In this document: positions 1 to 8,366 of the stretch, piece by piece
Layout of the letters: every line of letters begins with the position of its first letter
How positions within the stretch are numbered: the first letter of the stretch is position 1
Assembly (NCBI RefSeq): GCF_003327535.1
Contig: NZ_QOUI01000002.1
Coordinates: 381,397-405,396 of the forward strand
Direction: 5' to 3'
DNA: 24,000 nt
DNA from: Desertihabitans brevis
Lineage (GTDB): Bacteria; Actinomycetota; Actinomycetes; Propionibacteriales; Propionibacteriaceae
Notes under the pieces: generated by a model
Seen by the model: only the letters and a program-made list of their open reading frames with translations
Told to the model about the DNA's origin: nothing
The model's database searches: none
Made by a program: the position numbers and the translations under genes

Positions 1-27
1 CGGGGCCGTCCTAGGGGCCAGTCGGCC

Positions 28-380
28 TGACGACCGCCGACTGGGCGCACTCATCTGGTCGCGTCGTGCCTGCCAGCGCGAGGACCGCCCACTCGACGCA
101 CTCGTCTGGTTGCGCCGCCCCTGCCAGCGCGATGACCGCCCACTCGACGCACTCGTCCAGGCGCTCGGCCCAGCCGCCTGACGACCGCCCACTCGGCGTA
201 CTCGTCTTGTCACGCCGCCCCTGCCGACGCGAGGACCGCCCGCTCGATGCGCTCGTCGGCTCATCAGCCGTGCCGACCTGAGGACCGCCCGCTCGACGCA
301 CTCGTCCGGTCGCTCGGCCCCTGCCAGCCTGACCGCCGCCCACTCGACGCACTCGTCGGGACGCGACCCGGCCAGCGGCT
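28..380. repeat. Degenerate tandem repeat, ~50-bp unit, 7 copies, probably continuing past the left window edge
   Basis: The 24-bp core GACCGCCCACTCGACGCACTCGTC (with variants) ends at 55, 106, 157, 206, 257, 306 and 357, giving spacings of 51, 51, 49, 51, 49 and 51. The segments between cores are also homologous to each other, in two alternating subtypes. Confidence 0.9.
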
Positions 381-415
381 CCACGCCCGGCGCAGCGGGC
401 AGCGGGGACCGGCGA

Positions 416-1012
416 TCAGGAGTTGAAGCGGTTCTGGGCCGCGACCAGGCCCTCGGTGAGCAGCAGCTCGACGGCGTCCGCGGCCCGTGACACCTCGAGC
501 TCGACGTCGGCGCGCTCGGCGGCGCTGAAGTCGGAGAGCACGAAGGCGTGCACCTCCATCCGGCCCGGCGGGCGCCCGATGCCGAACCGGACGCGGGCGA
601 AGTCACCGGTATGCAGGTGCGCCCGCAGCGAGCGCAACCCGTTGTGGCCGTTGTCGCCGCCGCCGACCTTGAGCCGCAGCCGGCCGAGGTCGAGGTCGAG
701 CTCGTCGTGCACGGCGACCACCTGCGCCGGGTCGATCTTGTGGAAGGCGGCCAGCTTGGCCACCGCGATCCCGGAGTCGTTCATGTACGTGCGGGGCTTG
801 ACCAGCAGCACCTTGTCGGTGCCGCCGAACCCGCCCAGCCCGGACGTCCCCAGCCGGGCCTCGGCGACCTCGGCGCGCATCCCGCGGGGCGCGCCGAACG
901 GGGCGTCGGCCCGGCGGGCCAGCTCGTCGGCCACCCGGAACCCGACGTTGTGCCGGTGGGCGGCGTAGGTGGGGCCCGGGTTGCCGAGCCCCACCACCAG
1001 CCAGGTCGTCAT
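416..1012 (-). CDS. pth: Peptidyl-tRNA hydrolase
   Basis: 198-aa ORF with ATG at 1012. The N-terminus [25 protein letters not shown] carries the Pth signature (GLGNPG...RHNxGF). Sits in the conserved pth-rplY-prs-glmU synteny. Confidence 0.95.
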   Translation of the reverse strand: MTTWLVVGLGNPGPTYAAHRHNVGFRVADELARRADAPFGAPRGMRAEVAEARLGTSGLGGFGGTDKVLLVKPRTYMNDSGIAVAKLAAFHKIDPAQVVAVHDELDLDLGRLRLKVGGGDNGHNGLRSLRAHLHTGDFARVRFGIGRPPGRMEVHAFVLSDFSAAERADVELEVSRAADAVELLLTEGLVAAQNRFNS

Positions 1013-1036
1013 CGCGTGCTGCCGAGCCGGACCGGC

Positions 1037-1696
1037 TCAGGACTCCTGGGAGGACCCACCCTCGGCGGTCGCGCCGGCGGTCTCGGCCTCCTCGCCCACG
1101 GACGGCTCGATGCCGGCGTCGGCCTCGGCGCCGGCCAGCTCGGCCTCCACCTGCGCGGTGGTCGGGGCGCCGGTGATGTTGACGATGAGCAGGTCGGGGT
1201 CGACGTCCAGGGTGACGTCACCGGGCAGGGTGAGGTCGGAGGCGAGCACCTGGGTGCCGGCCGCCAGGCCCTCGACCGAGACCTCGACGGCGTCGGGGAT
1301 GTGGGTGGCCGGGGCCTGCACCCCGATCACGGTGGCGTCGAGCACCACCAGGGTGTCCGGGCCGGCCTCGCCGACGACCTGCACCGGCACCTCGACCGAC
1401 ACCTTCTCGCCGCGCCGCACGACCACCAGGTCGACGTGCTCGAGGAAGCCCTTGATCGGGTCGCGCTGGACCTGCTTGGCCAGCACCAGCTCGTTGCGGC
1501 CCTCGATGTCGACCGACATCAGGGCGTTGGCGTTGCGCAGCGCCAGCAGGGTCTCGTGACCGGGCAGCGAGATGTGCACCGGGTCGGTGCCGTGGCCGTA
1601 GATGACGGCGGGGACGCGGTCGGCGCGGCGGATGCGGCGCGCCGCACCCTTGCCGAACTCCGTGCGCAACTCGGCCTGCAGCTTGATCTCTGACAT
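1037..1696 (-). CDS. rplY: 50S ribosomal protein L25 / general stress protein Ctc form
   Basis: 219 aa. The N-terminus MSEIKLQAELRTEFGKGAARRIRRADRVPAVIYGHG is typical of L25/Ctc, with an acidic Ala/Glu-rich C-terminal tail. A GAGGAG Shine-Dalgarno sits 7 nt upstream of ATG 1696. Confidence 0.93.
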   Translation of the reverse strand: MSEIKLQAELRTEFGKGAARRIRRADRVPAVIYGHGTDPVHISLPGHETLLALRNANALMSVDIEGRNELVLAKQVQRDPIKGFLEHVDLVVVRRGEKVSVEVPVQVVGEAGPDTLVVLDATVIGVQAPATHIPDAVEVSVEGLAAGTQVLASDLTLPGDVTLDVDPDLLIVNITGAPTTAQVEAELAGAEADAGIEPSVGEEAETAGATAEGGSSQES

Positions 1697-1846
1697 CGGT
1701 GGTACTCCTCAACCGTGGGCTCGGACGGGCGAGGCCAGGGAGATGTCTCTCACCCTGTCGATCACGGGGACGGCGGTCCCCCTCGCCATGGTTCAGCCCC
1801 GGATGCTAGCCCACCGGTGCGGGCAGGGAGAAATCGGCGGCCGGGC

Positions 1847-2824
1847 TCAGCTCTGGCCGTTGAACAGCTTGGTCACCGAACCGTCGGTGAACACCTGCTG
1901 GATCGCCTCGGCGATCAGCGGGGAGATGCTCAGCACGGTGAGCTTCTCGACCGGCTCAGGGGTGTCGATCGGCAGCGTGTTGGTGACGATGACCTCCTCG
2001 AACGCCGAGGCGTTGAGCCGCTGCGCCGCCGGCCCGGAGAGCACGGCGTGGGTGGTGGCCGCGATCACGGACTTCGCCCCGCGGGCCTTGAGCGCCTCGG
2101 CGGCCTGGCAGATGGTGCCGGCGGTGTCGATCATGTCGTCGACCAGCAGGCAGACCTTGCCCTCGACCTCGCCGACCACCTCGTGCACGGCGACGGTGTT
2201 GGCGACGTCGGGGTCGCGGCGCTTGTGGATGATGGCCAGCTCGGCGTTCAGCCGGTCGGTCCACATGTCGGCCAGCCGCACACGTCCGGCGTCGGGCGAG
2301 ACGACCGTCATCTCGGAGGTGTCGTACTTGCTCTGCACGTAGTCGGCCAGCACCGGCAGCGCCCACAGGTGGTCGACCGGGCCGTCGAAGAAGCCCTGGA
2401 TCTGCGCGGCGTGCAGGTCGACCGACATGATCCGGTCCGCGCCGGCGGTCCTGAACAGGTCGGCCACCAGCCGGGCCGAGATCGGCTCACGGCCGGCGTG
2501 CTTCTTGTCCTGCCGCGCGTAGGGGTAGAACGGCGCCACCACGGTGATCCGCTTGGCGGAGGCCCGCTTGAGGGCGTCCACCATGATGAGCTGCTCCATC
2601 AGCCACTCGTTGACCGGGGCGCAGTGGCTCTGCACGACGAAGGCGTCGCACCCGCGCACCGACTCCTCGAACCGCACGTAGATCTCGGAGTTCGCATAGC
2701 TCAGCGCCCGCATCGGCACGACGCCCACACCCATCAGGTCGGCGATCTCACCGGCGAGCTCGGGGTAGGCACGCCCGCTGAACAGCATCAGGTGCTTCTC
2801 GGTGGACTTCTTCAATCCGGTCAC
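1847..2824 (-). CDS. prs: Ribose-phosphate pyrophosphokinase (PRPP synthetase)
   Basis: 325 aa. Contains the PRPP-binding loop CLLVDDMIDTAGT and VVSPDAGRV. GTG start at 2824 is preceded by GGGGAG. Confidence 0.96.
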   Translation of the reverse strand: MTGLKKSTEKHLMLFSGRAYPELAGEIADLMGVGVVPMRALSYANSEIYVRFEESVRGCDAFVVQSHCAPVNEWLMEQLIMVDALKRASAKRITVVAPFYPYARQDKKHAGREPISARLVADLFRTAGADRIMSVDLHAAQIQGFFDGPVDHLWALPVLADYVQSKYDTSEMTVVSPDAGRVRLADMWTDRLNAELAIIHKRRDPDVANTVAVHEVVGEVEGKVCLLVDDMIDTAGTICQAAEALKARGAKSVIAATTHAVLSGPAAQRLNASAFEEVIVTNTLPIDTPEPVEKLTVLSISPLIAEAIQQVFTDGSVTKLFNGQS

Positions 2825-2868
2825 TCAGCGTCTCCCCGGTGGGCGTCGAAGGTCGGTGATGAAACCTA

Positions 2869-4380
2869 CTACTGCCCACCCCGGCTGTCGCCTCCGGCGA
2901 TGTGGCCCTCACCACTCGACGCCCCGCCGGGGCCGTCGGCCAGCCGGGCCCTGCGCCGGTCGGCCCAGCCCTCGACGTTGCGCTGGCGTCCGCGGGCGAT
3001 CGCCAGGTCGCTGCCCGGCACCGGATCGGTGACGGTCGACCCGGCGGCCACGTAGGCCCCGCTCTCCAGCGCGGCCGGGGCGACCAGCACGGTGCCGGAG
3101 CCGACGAAGACCTCGTCGCCAACCTCGCTGCGGTGCTTGTCGCGCCCGTCGTAGTTGGCGAAGATCGTGCCGGCCCCGATGTTGGTGCCGGCGCCGATGG
3201 TGGCGTCGCCGACGTAGGACAGGTGCGGCACCTTCGAGCCCTCGCCGATGACGGCCTTCTTGGTCTCGACGAACCCGCCGATCTTGCCGCCGCGGCCCAG
3301 CTGGGTGCCCGGCCGCAGGTACGACCACGGCCCCACCGTCGCCTCGGCGCCGACCACGGCCAGGTGCGCCTCGGTGCGCACCAGCGAGGCACCCGGGCCG
3401 ACCTCGCAGTCGCGCAGCCGGGTGTCGGGGCCGAGCTCGGCGCCCTCCCCCACCGTGGTGGCCCCGGCGAGGATGGTGCCGGGGTGGATGAGGACGTCCC
3501 GGCCCAGGTCGACGTCGGCCTCGATCCAGGTGGTCGCCGGGTCGACGACGGTGACCCCGGCCCGCATCCAGCCCTCGACGGTGCGGCGGTTGAGCTCGGC
3601 GTTGAGCCGGGCCAGCTGCACCCGGTCGTTGACGCCCTCGGTCTGCCAGGCGTCCTCGGTCACCAGGGCGCCGACCCGCCCGCCGTCGGCGCGGGCGGTG
3701 CCCAGCACGTCGGTGAGGTACAGCTCGCCCTGGTCGTTGTCGCTGTCCAGCCGGCCCAGCCCGGCGGTCAGCGTGGCGGCGGCGAAGACGTAGATGCCGG
3801 AGTTGATCTCGCGCACCGCCCGCTCGGCGTCGTCGGCGTCGCGGTGCTCGACGACGCGCAGCACGCCGCCCTCGGGGTCGCGGATGACCCGGCCGTAGCC
3901 GGTGGGGTCGTCGACCTCGGCGGTGAGCACGGTGACGGCGTTGCCGGCGCGGCGGTGCTCGGCCACCAGGGCGGTGAGCGTCTCGCCGGTGAGCAGCGGC
4001 ACGTCGCCGTAGGTGACCAGCACCTCGCCCTCCAGCGGCGGCAGCACCGACAGCCCGCACTGCACCGCGTGCCCGGTGCCCAGCTGCTGCTCCTGGACGG
4101 CGGTGACGGCCTGCGGCGCCACCTCGGCCACGTGCGGCTCCACCTGGTCGCGGGCGTGGCCGACCACCACCACCAGGTGCTCGGGTTGCACCTCGGCGGC
4201 GGCCCGCAGCGCCGAGCTGAGCATCGAGCGGCCACCCACCTCGTGCAGCAGCTTGGAGCGCGACGACTTCATCCGCGTCCCGCCACCGGCGGCGAGCACC
4301 ACCACCGCCGACACCCCGGAGGGCTGCGCGGTCTGGTCGTCGGAGGAGGGCTGGCCGGGCGGGACGGTCGTCATCGGCAC
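2869..4380 (-). CDS. glmU: Bifunctional UDP-N-acetylglucosamine pyrophosphorylase / glucosamine-1-phosphate N-acetyltransferase
   Basis: 503 aa. Has the N-terminal nucleotidyltransferase signature VVLAAGGGTRMKS and C-terminal hexapeptide-repeat (left-handed beta-helix) sequence. The start is either GTG 4380 or ATG 4374; the latter has GGAG 5 nt upstream. Confidence 0.95.
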   Translation of the reverse strand: MPMTTVPPGQPSSDDQTAQPSGVSAVVVLAAGGGTRMKSSRSKLLHEVGGRSMLSSALRAAAEVQPEHLVVVVGHARDQVEPHVAEVAPQAVTAVQEQQLGTGHAVQCGLSVLPPLEGEVLVTYGDVPLLTGETLTALVAEHRRAGNAVTVLTAEVDDPTGYGRVIRDPEGGVLRVVEHRDADDAERAVREINSGIYVFAAATLTAGLGRLDSDNDQGELYLTDVLGTARADGGRVGALVTEDAWQTEGVNDRVQLARLNAELNRRTVEGWMRAGVTVVDPATTWIEADVDLGRDVLIHPGTILAGATTVGEGAELGPDTRLRDCEVGPGASLVRTEAHLAVVGAEATVGPWSYLRPGTQLGRGGKIGGFVETKKAVIGEGSKVPHLSYVGDATIGAGTNIGAGTIFANYDGRDKHRSEVGDEVFVGSGTVLVAPAALESGAYVAAGSTVTDPVPGSDLAIARGRQRNVEGWADRRRARLADGPGGASSGEGHIAGGDSRGGQ

Positions 4381-4503
4381 TCCAGGGGTGGGGCGGCGGC
4401 AGGGACCCGGTCAGCGTAACGGCTCCCCGGTCGCCGGCAGCCGATGAGTTCGCGCCCGCCCGCCGGTCGACCCCTCGACCGTCACCAAGGGAAGGACAAC
4501 GTC

Positions 4504-5112
4504 ATGGCCGAGCTCCTCGTCGACTTCATCACCTCGCTGGACGGCTACGCCTCCGGTGCGGGCTGGCCCGGGTTCTGGGGCCTGGAGAGCCCGGACTACC
4601 TCGCCTGGCTGGGCGAGCAGCCCCAGGTCACCTACCTCATGGGCGCGACCACCTACCGCCTGATGTCGGGCTTCAGCACCGGCGGGGTGGAGGGCGGCCC
4701 GGACGAGCTCCGACCCGGTGAGGAGGCGTCGGTGGACGAGCTCGCCCAGGCCCCCAAGCTGGTGTTCTCCTCCACTCTGGAGGAGCCGTTGACCTGGTCC
4801 AACGCCACGCTCGTCCGCGGAGACGCCGTGGCGGCCGTCCGGGCGATGAAGGCGGAGCGGACGGGGCTGCTCAGCACGCTCGGCAGCCTCAGCCTGTCCC
4901 GCTCGCTGCTGCGCGCCGGTCTGGTCGACCGGTTCCGGGTCGTGCTGTTCCCGGTGATCACCGGAGCCACCGGCGCGGAGCGCATCTACGACGGCTACCC
5001 CGACGTCGCCCTCGAGATGACCGACCACCGCACCTTCGGCGGCGGCATCCAGCTGGTCGAGTACCGGCCGCGGGTGCTCGAGCACCCGCCGCTGGGCGCC
5101 GCCCCGGCCTGA
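4504..5112 (+). CDS. Dihydrofolate reductase family protein (RibD C-terminal domain-like)
   Basis: The ORF opens at 4444, but ATG 4504 (MAELLVDFITSLDGYASG...) is preceded by GGAAGGA. The sequence pattern ...LVFSSTL...LVDRFRVVLFPVITGATG... is typical of the RibD_C/DHFR-like family. Confidence 0.8.
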   Translation: MAELLVDFITSLDGYASGAGWPGFWGLESPDYLAWLGEQPQVTYLMGATTYRLMSGFSTGGVEGGPDELRPGEEASVDELAQAPKLVFSSTLEEPLTWSNATLVRGDAVAAVRAMKAERTGLLSTLGSLSLSRSLLRAGLVDRFRVVLFPVITGATGAERIYDGYPDVALEMTDHRTFGGGIQLVEYRPRVLEHPPLGAAPA

Positions 5113-5155
5113 GCGCCCGGCTCGGAACGCCCGGTGGTCAGCGCGACGTCCTCGG

Positions 5156-5235
5156 CTCCCCGGGCAGGAGTCGAACCTGCGTCGCTTGATCCTGATTCAA
5201 AGTCAGGCGGGCCCTGCCGGCAGACCAACCGGGGA
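5156..5235 (-). tRNA. tRNA-like gene with anticodon UUG (Gln), atypical 80-nt architecture
   Basis: Minus-strand read: TCCCCGG TT GGTCTGCCGGCAGGGCCCG CCTGA CTTTGAA TCAGG ATCAAGCGAC GCAGG TTCGACT CCTGC CCGGGGA G. The 7-bp acceptor stem, 5-bp anticodon stem, 5-bp T-stem and GTTCGA T-loop are all perfect. The D region is poorly canonical and the variable region is 10 nt. CCA is not encoded. Confidence 0.6.
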
Positions 5236-5388
5236 TCGGTGGCGTCCGGCGCGCCGCCGGTCCTGGCGACGCGCGACGACCACCGGGGTCAGCATAACCG
5301 CGAGGACGGGCCGCTCCCATCCGTCACACTGGGTGCCGTGCCGACCCCCAGCGACCCCGCCTCCGCCCCCCGTCCCGGACGCACCCGG

Positions 5389-5982
5389 ATGACCAGCGCC
5401 GAGCGCCGCGAGCAGCTGATCCGGGTGGCCCGCCACTCCTTCGCCGAACGGGGGTTCGAGGGGACGTCGGTCGAGGAGATCGCCGCCCGGGCCAGGGTCA
5501 GCAAGCCGGTGGTCTACGAGCACTTCGGGGGCAAGGAGGGGCTGTACGCGGTCGTCGTCGACCGGGAGGTGCGCACCCTGCTGGACGCCATCCGCGGCGC
5601 GCTGGAGACGCCGGGCAGCAGCCGGGCGCTGATCGAGCGGGCCACCCTGACGCTGCTGGACTACATCGAGACCAACCCCGACGGGTTCCGGATCGTGGCC
5701 CGGGACTCCTCGCTGGAGAGCACCGGCAGCTCGTTCGCGAGCATCCTGTCCGACGTCGCCTCGCAGGTGGAGGACATCCTCGCCGCCGCCTTCAAGGTGC
5801 AGCGGATCAACCCGAAGGTGGCACCGATGTACGCCCAGATGCTGGTGGGGATGATCGCCTACACCGGCCAGTGGTGGCTGGACGCCCGGCGGCCGAAGAA
5901 GCCCGAGCTGGCCGCGCACCTGGTCAACCTGGCCTGGAACGGGTTGCGCGGCCTGGAGGCCTCGCCGCAGCTGCGAGCCTGA
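5389..5982 (+). CDS. TetR/AcrR family transcriptional regulator
   Basis: 197 aa from ATG 5389. The upstream part of ORF 5134 overlaps the tRNA and looks non-coding. HTH: RREQLIRVARHSFAERGFEGTSVEEIAARARVSKPVVYEHFGGKEGLY. The position next to glmU and the tRNA matches the Rv1019-type TetR. Confidence 0.9.
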   Translation: MTSAERREQLIRVARHSFAERGFEGTSVEEIAARARVSKPVVYEHFGGKEGLYAVVVDREVRTLLDAIRGALETPGSSRALIERATLTLLDYIETNPDGFRIVARDSSLESTGSSFASILSDVASQVEDILAAAFKVQRINPKVAPMYAQMLVGMIAYTGQWWLDARRPKKPELAAHLVNLAWNGLRGLEASPQLRA

Positions 5983-5984
5983 GC

Positions 5985-6482
5985 TCAGGCCGCGAGGTCG
6001 GTGAAGGAGAGCCCCAGGGAGCGCAGCAGACCGGCGAGCTGGGTCTGCTCGTCCTCGCTCAGCCCCGAGAGCAGCCGCCGCTCGGCGTCCAGCAGGCTGC
6101 CCAGTGCGCCGTCCACGGTGTCGCGTCCCTCCGGGGTCAGCGTGACCAGCACACCGCGGCGGTCGCTGGGGTCGGCGCTTCGGGTGACCAGGCCGCGGTG
6201 CACCAGCCGGTCGACCCGGTTGGTCATGGTGCCGCTGGTGACCATCGTCTCGCGGATCAGCGCTCCCGGGGAGAGCGTGTAGGGCGCCCCGGCCCGGCGC
6301 AGGGCGGCCAGCACGTCGAACTCCCAGGCGACCACGCGGTGGGCGCTGAAGGCCTCCTTGCGGGCCCGGTCCAGGTGCAGCGCGAGCCGGCTCACCCGGC
6401 TCAGCACCTGCATCGCGGACAGGTCGAGGTCGGGACGCTCCCGCGCCCAGCTCGCCACCAGGGCGTCGACCTCGTCTCGCAC
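5985..6482 (-). CDS. MarR family transcriptional regulator
   Basis: 165 aa. Winged-HTH region: LSPGALIRETMVTSGTMTNRVDRLVHRGLVTRSADPSDRRGVLVTLTPEG. GTG start at 6482. Convergent with the TetR gene, with 2 nt between the stop codons. Confidence 0.9.
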   Translation of the reverse strand: MRDEVDALVASWARERPDLDLSAMQVLSRVSRLALHLDRARKEAFSAHRVVAWEFDVLAALRRAGAPYTLSPGALIRETMVTSGTMTNRVDRLVHRGLVTRSADPSDRRGVLVTLTPEGRDTVDGALGSLLDAERRLLSGLSEDEQTQLAGLLRSLGLSFTDLAA

Positions 6483-6488
6483 GGCTCG

Positions 6489-6523
6489 AGCATAACGCGG
6501 CGAGATTCTTGATATCGAGACTC
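6489..6523 (-). promoter_or_regulatory. Putative leaderless promoter plus pseudo-palindromic operator of the MarR gene
   Basis: On the minus strand: -35-like TCGATA, 18-nt spacer, -10 TATGCT (plus-strand 6489-6494), which ends 6 nt before GTG 6482. A 20-bp imperfect palindrome GATTCTTGAT|ATCGAGACTC (6504-6523, 8 of 10 arm positions pair) overlaps the -35. This is one of the most AT-rich spots in the window. Confidence 0.4.
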
Positions 6524-6536
6524 TGTGAGGTAGGCC

Positions 6537-7463
6537 TCAGCTGATCAGCCGCGCACCCTCGACCGGACCGTGCACCCGGCGGACGGCGTGCACCGCCGGC
6601 TCGCGGCCGAGCTTGGTGCTGACGTCGATCGCCGCGGACTCGTCGGCGCAGAGGAAGGCGCACGTCGGTCCGGAGCCCGAGACCAGGGCAGCCAGCGCAC
6701 CGAGCCGGCGACCCCGCTCCAGGACGTCGGCCAGGTCGGGGCGCAGGTCGAGGGCGGCCGCCTGCAGGTCGTTGCCGACGACCCCGGCCAGCGCCTCGGC
6801 CCGTCCGGTGCGCAGCGCCTCCATCAGGGCGTCGGGCACCTCGAGCGGCTCCTCGGCCGGCGTGCTCAGCTCGTCGAAGCGGGCGAACACCCGCGGGGTG
6901 GACAGCCCCTGCGCCGAGAGCCCGAGCACCCAGTGGAAGGTGCCACGGCTGAGCACCGGGGCGAGGACGTCACCGCGGCCGGTGCCGATCGCGGTGCCGC
7001 CGAGGAGGGCGAAGGGGACGTCGGCCCCGAGCCGGGCGGCCAGCGCGGTCAGCTGGTCGGGCTGGACGTCGAGGTCCCACAGCACCGAGCAGGCCAGCAG
7101 CGCCCCGGCGGCGTCGGCCGAGCCGCCGGCCATCCCGCCAGCCACCGGGATCGTCTTGCGCAGGGTGAGGCGCACCCCCAGCCCGGGATCGCCGTGCTCG
7201 GCGGCGAGCAGCCGGACCGCGCGGACGGCGAGGTTGTCCTCGTCGGCCGGCACCCCGGGCTGCTCCCCCACCAGCTGCAACCCGACCTCGCCGCCGGGCG
7301 CGGTCTCGGCGGTGACGTCGTCGAACAGCGAGACGGCCTGGAAGACGTTGACCAGCGGGTGGTAGCCGTCCTCGGAGCGCGGACCGACCCGCAGCGCGAG
7401 GTTGATCTTGGCCGGGACGCGGACGCGGACCAGCTCGAGCTCGGGCTCGGCGTCGGCACTCAC
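6537..7463 (-). CDS. ispE: 4-diphosphocytidyl-2-C-methyl-D-erythritol kinase
   Basis: 308 aa from GTG 7463. Contains VPAKINLALRVG and the GHMP-kinase motif PVAGGMAGGSADAAG. The rest of the 552-aa ORF is read-through into the rsmA region in another frame. Confidence 0.93.
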   Translation of the reverse strand: MSADAEPELELVRVRVPAKINLALRVGPRSEDGYHPLVNVFQAVSLFDDVTAETAPGGEVGLQLVGEQPGVPADEDNLAVRAVRLLAAEHGDPGLGVRLTLRKTIPVAGGMAGGSADAAGALLACSVLWDLDVQPDQLTALAARLGADVPFALLGGTAIGTGRGDVLAPVLSRGTFHWVLGLSAQGLSTPRVFARFDELSTPAEEPLEVPDALMEALRTGRAEALAGVVGNDLQAAALDLRPDLADVLERGRRLGALAALVSGSGPTCAFLCADESAAIDVSTKLGREPAVHAVRRVHGPVEGARLIS

Positions 7464-7474
7464 GCGAAGCGAGG

Positions 7475-8320
7475 CTAGCGCCCGGCGCCCGACCTGCCGT
7501 CGCGGCCCGGCAGCTGCTCGGCCACCCGGGCGAAGTCCTCGACGGTGAGCGTCTCCCCGCGGGCCTGGGGGTCGACCCCGGCGGCCTCGAGGACGGTGCT
7601 GGCGGCCGCGGACGAGCCGAGCAGCGGGGAGAGCGCGGCGCGGAGCATCTTGCGGCGCTGGGCGAAGGCGGCGTCCACCACGGCGAAGACCTGCTCGCGG
7701 GTGGCGGTGGTGCGGGGCGGCGGGCGGCGGGTCAGCCGGACCAGACCGGAGTCGACGTTGGGCACCGGCCAGAACACCCCGGGTGGGACGGTGCCGACCC
7801 GGACCGCCTCGGCGTACCAGGCCATCTTCACCGAGGGCACCCCGTAGGTGCGCGAGCCCGGGCCGGCCACCAGCCGGTCGGCCACCTCGAGCTGGACCAT
7901 CACCAGGCCGCGGGACCAGTGCTGGTCGATCGCGAGCAGGTGCAGCAGCACCGGCACCGACACGTTGTAGGGCAGGTTCGCCACCACCACGGTCGGGTGC
8001 GGCTCGGGCAGCGCCGGCACGGCCAGGGCGTCGGCCTCGAGCACGGTGAGCCGCTCGGCCGCGCCGGGCATCCGGGTCGCGACGGTGTCGGCCAGCTGCC
8101 CGGCCAGCAGCGGGTCGATCTCGATCGCCAGCACGTGCCGGGCCTGCTCGAGCAGGCCGAGGGTGAGCGAGCCCAGCCCGGGACCGATCTCGCACACCAC
8201 GTCGTCGGCGCCGAGCCCGGCCAGCGCCACCAGCCGCCGGATGGTGTTGGCGTCGGTGACGAAGTTCTGCCCGCGCTGCTTGGTGGGCCGCAGGCCCAGC
8301 CGGGTGGCCAGGGCGCGCAC
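7475..8320 (-). CDS. rsmA: 16S rRNA (adenine1518/1519-N6)-dimethyltransferase
   Basis: Contains KQRGQNFV, the SAM motif VCEIGPGLGSLT, and VVANLPYNVS. The start is uncertain. GTG 8320 is the first canonical start downstream of the rpfB stop, but homology-like sequence (GLLDPSS) extends upstream to about 8356, where only a CTG codon is available. Confidence 0.9.
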   Translation of the reverse strand: MRALATRLGLRPTKQRGQNFVTDANTIRRLVALAGLGADDVVCEIGPGLGSLTLGLLEQARHVLAIEIDPLLAGQLADTVATRMPGAAERLTVLEADALAVPALPEPHPTVVVANLPYNVSVPVLLHLLAIDQHWSRGLVMVQLEVADRLVAGPGSRTYGVPSVKMAWYAEAVRVGTVPPGVFWPVPNVDSGLVRLTRRPPPRTTATREQVFAVVDAAFAQRRKMLRAALSPLLGSSAAASTVLEAAGVDPQARGETLTVEDFARVAEQLPGRDGRSGAGR

Positions 8321-8366
8321 GGAGCTGGGGTCGAGCAGACCCGTCGTGGTCGTCAGCGGACCGGGC

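Noticed and set aside
11-352. ORFs 11-352(-) and 66-281(+) as repeat-containing proteins (DECVEWAV... motifs)
   Set aside because: Unit spacing alternates between 51 and 49 bp, so the peptide repeat is not kept in frame. Composition is Arg/Gly/Ser-rich and typical of non-coding high-GC DNA.
28-380. CRISPR array (24-bp repeat with ~26-bp spacers)
   Set aside because: The would-be spacers are homologous to each other and fall into two recurring subtypes, the repeats themselves are degenerate, and no cas genes are present. It is a tandem minisatellite.
548-4419. Long plus-strand ORFs antisense to pth/rplY/prs/glmU (548-1693, 1715-3055, 2902-4419) and further same-strand, out-of-frame or antisense ORFs
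   Set aside because: These are shadow ORFs of a high-GC genome: Arg/Gly/Pro/Ala-rich, without motifs, and fully overlapped by genes with unambiguous homology. The same applies to 5203-6663(-), 8046-9965(+), 17976-19586(-), 19752-21134(+), 21211-22470(+) and 22538-23704(-).
5156-5235. tRNA-Sec (palindromic short D-like hairpin, T arm resembling E. coli selC) or a plus-strand tRNA-Leu(CAA)
   Set aside because: The anticodon loop on the strand that carries the GTTCGA T-loop is CTTTGAA (UUG), not CTTCAAA. The acceptor stem is 7 bp, not 8. The plus strand has no T arm. The nearby Mo enzyme has Cys and no in-frame TGA.
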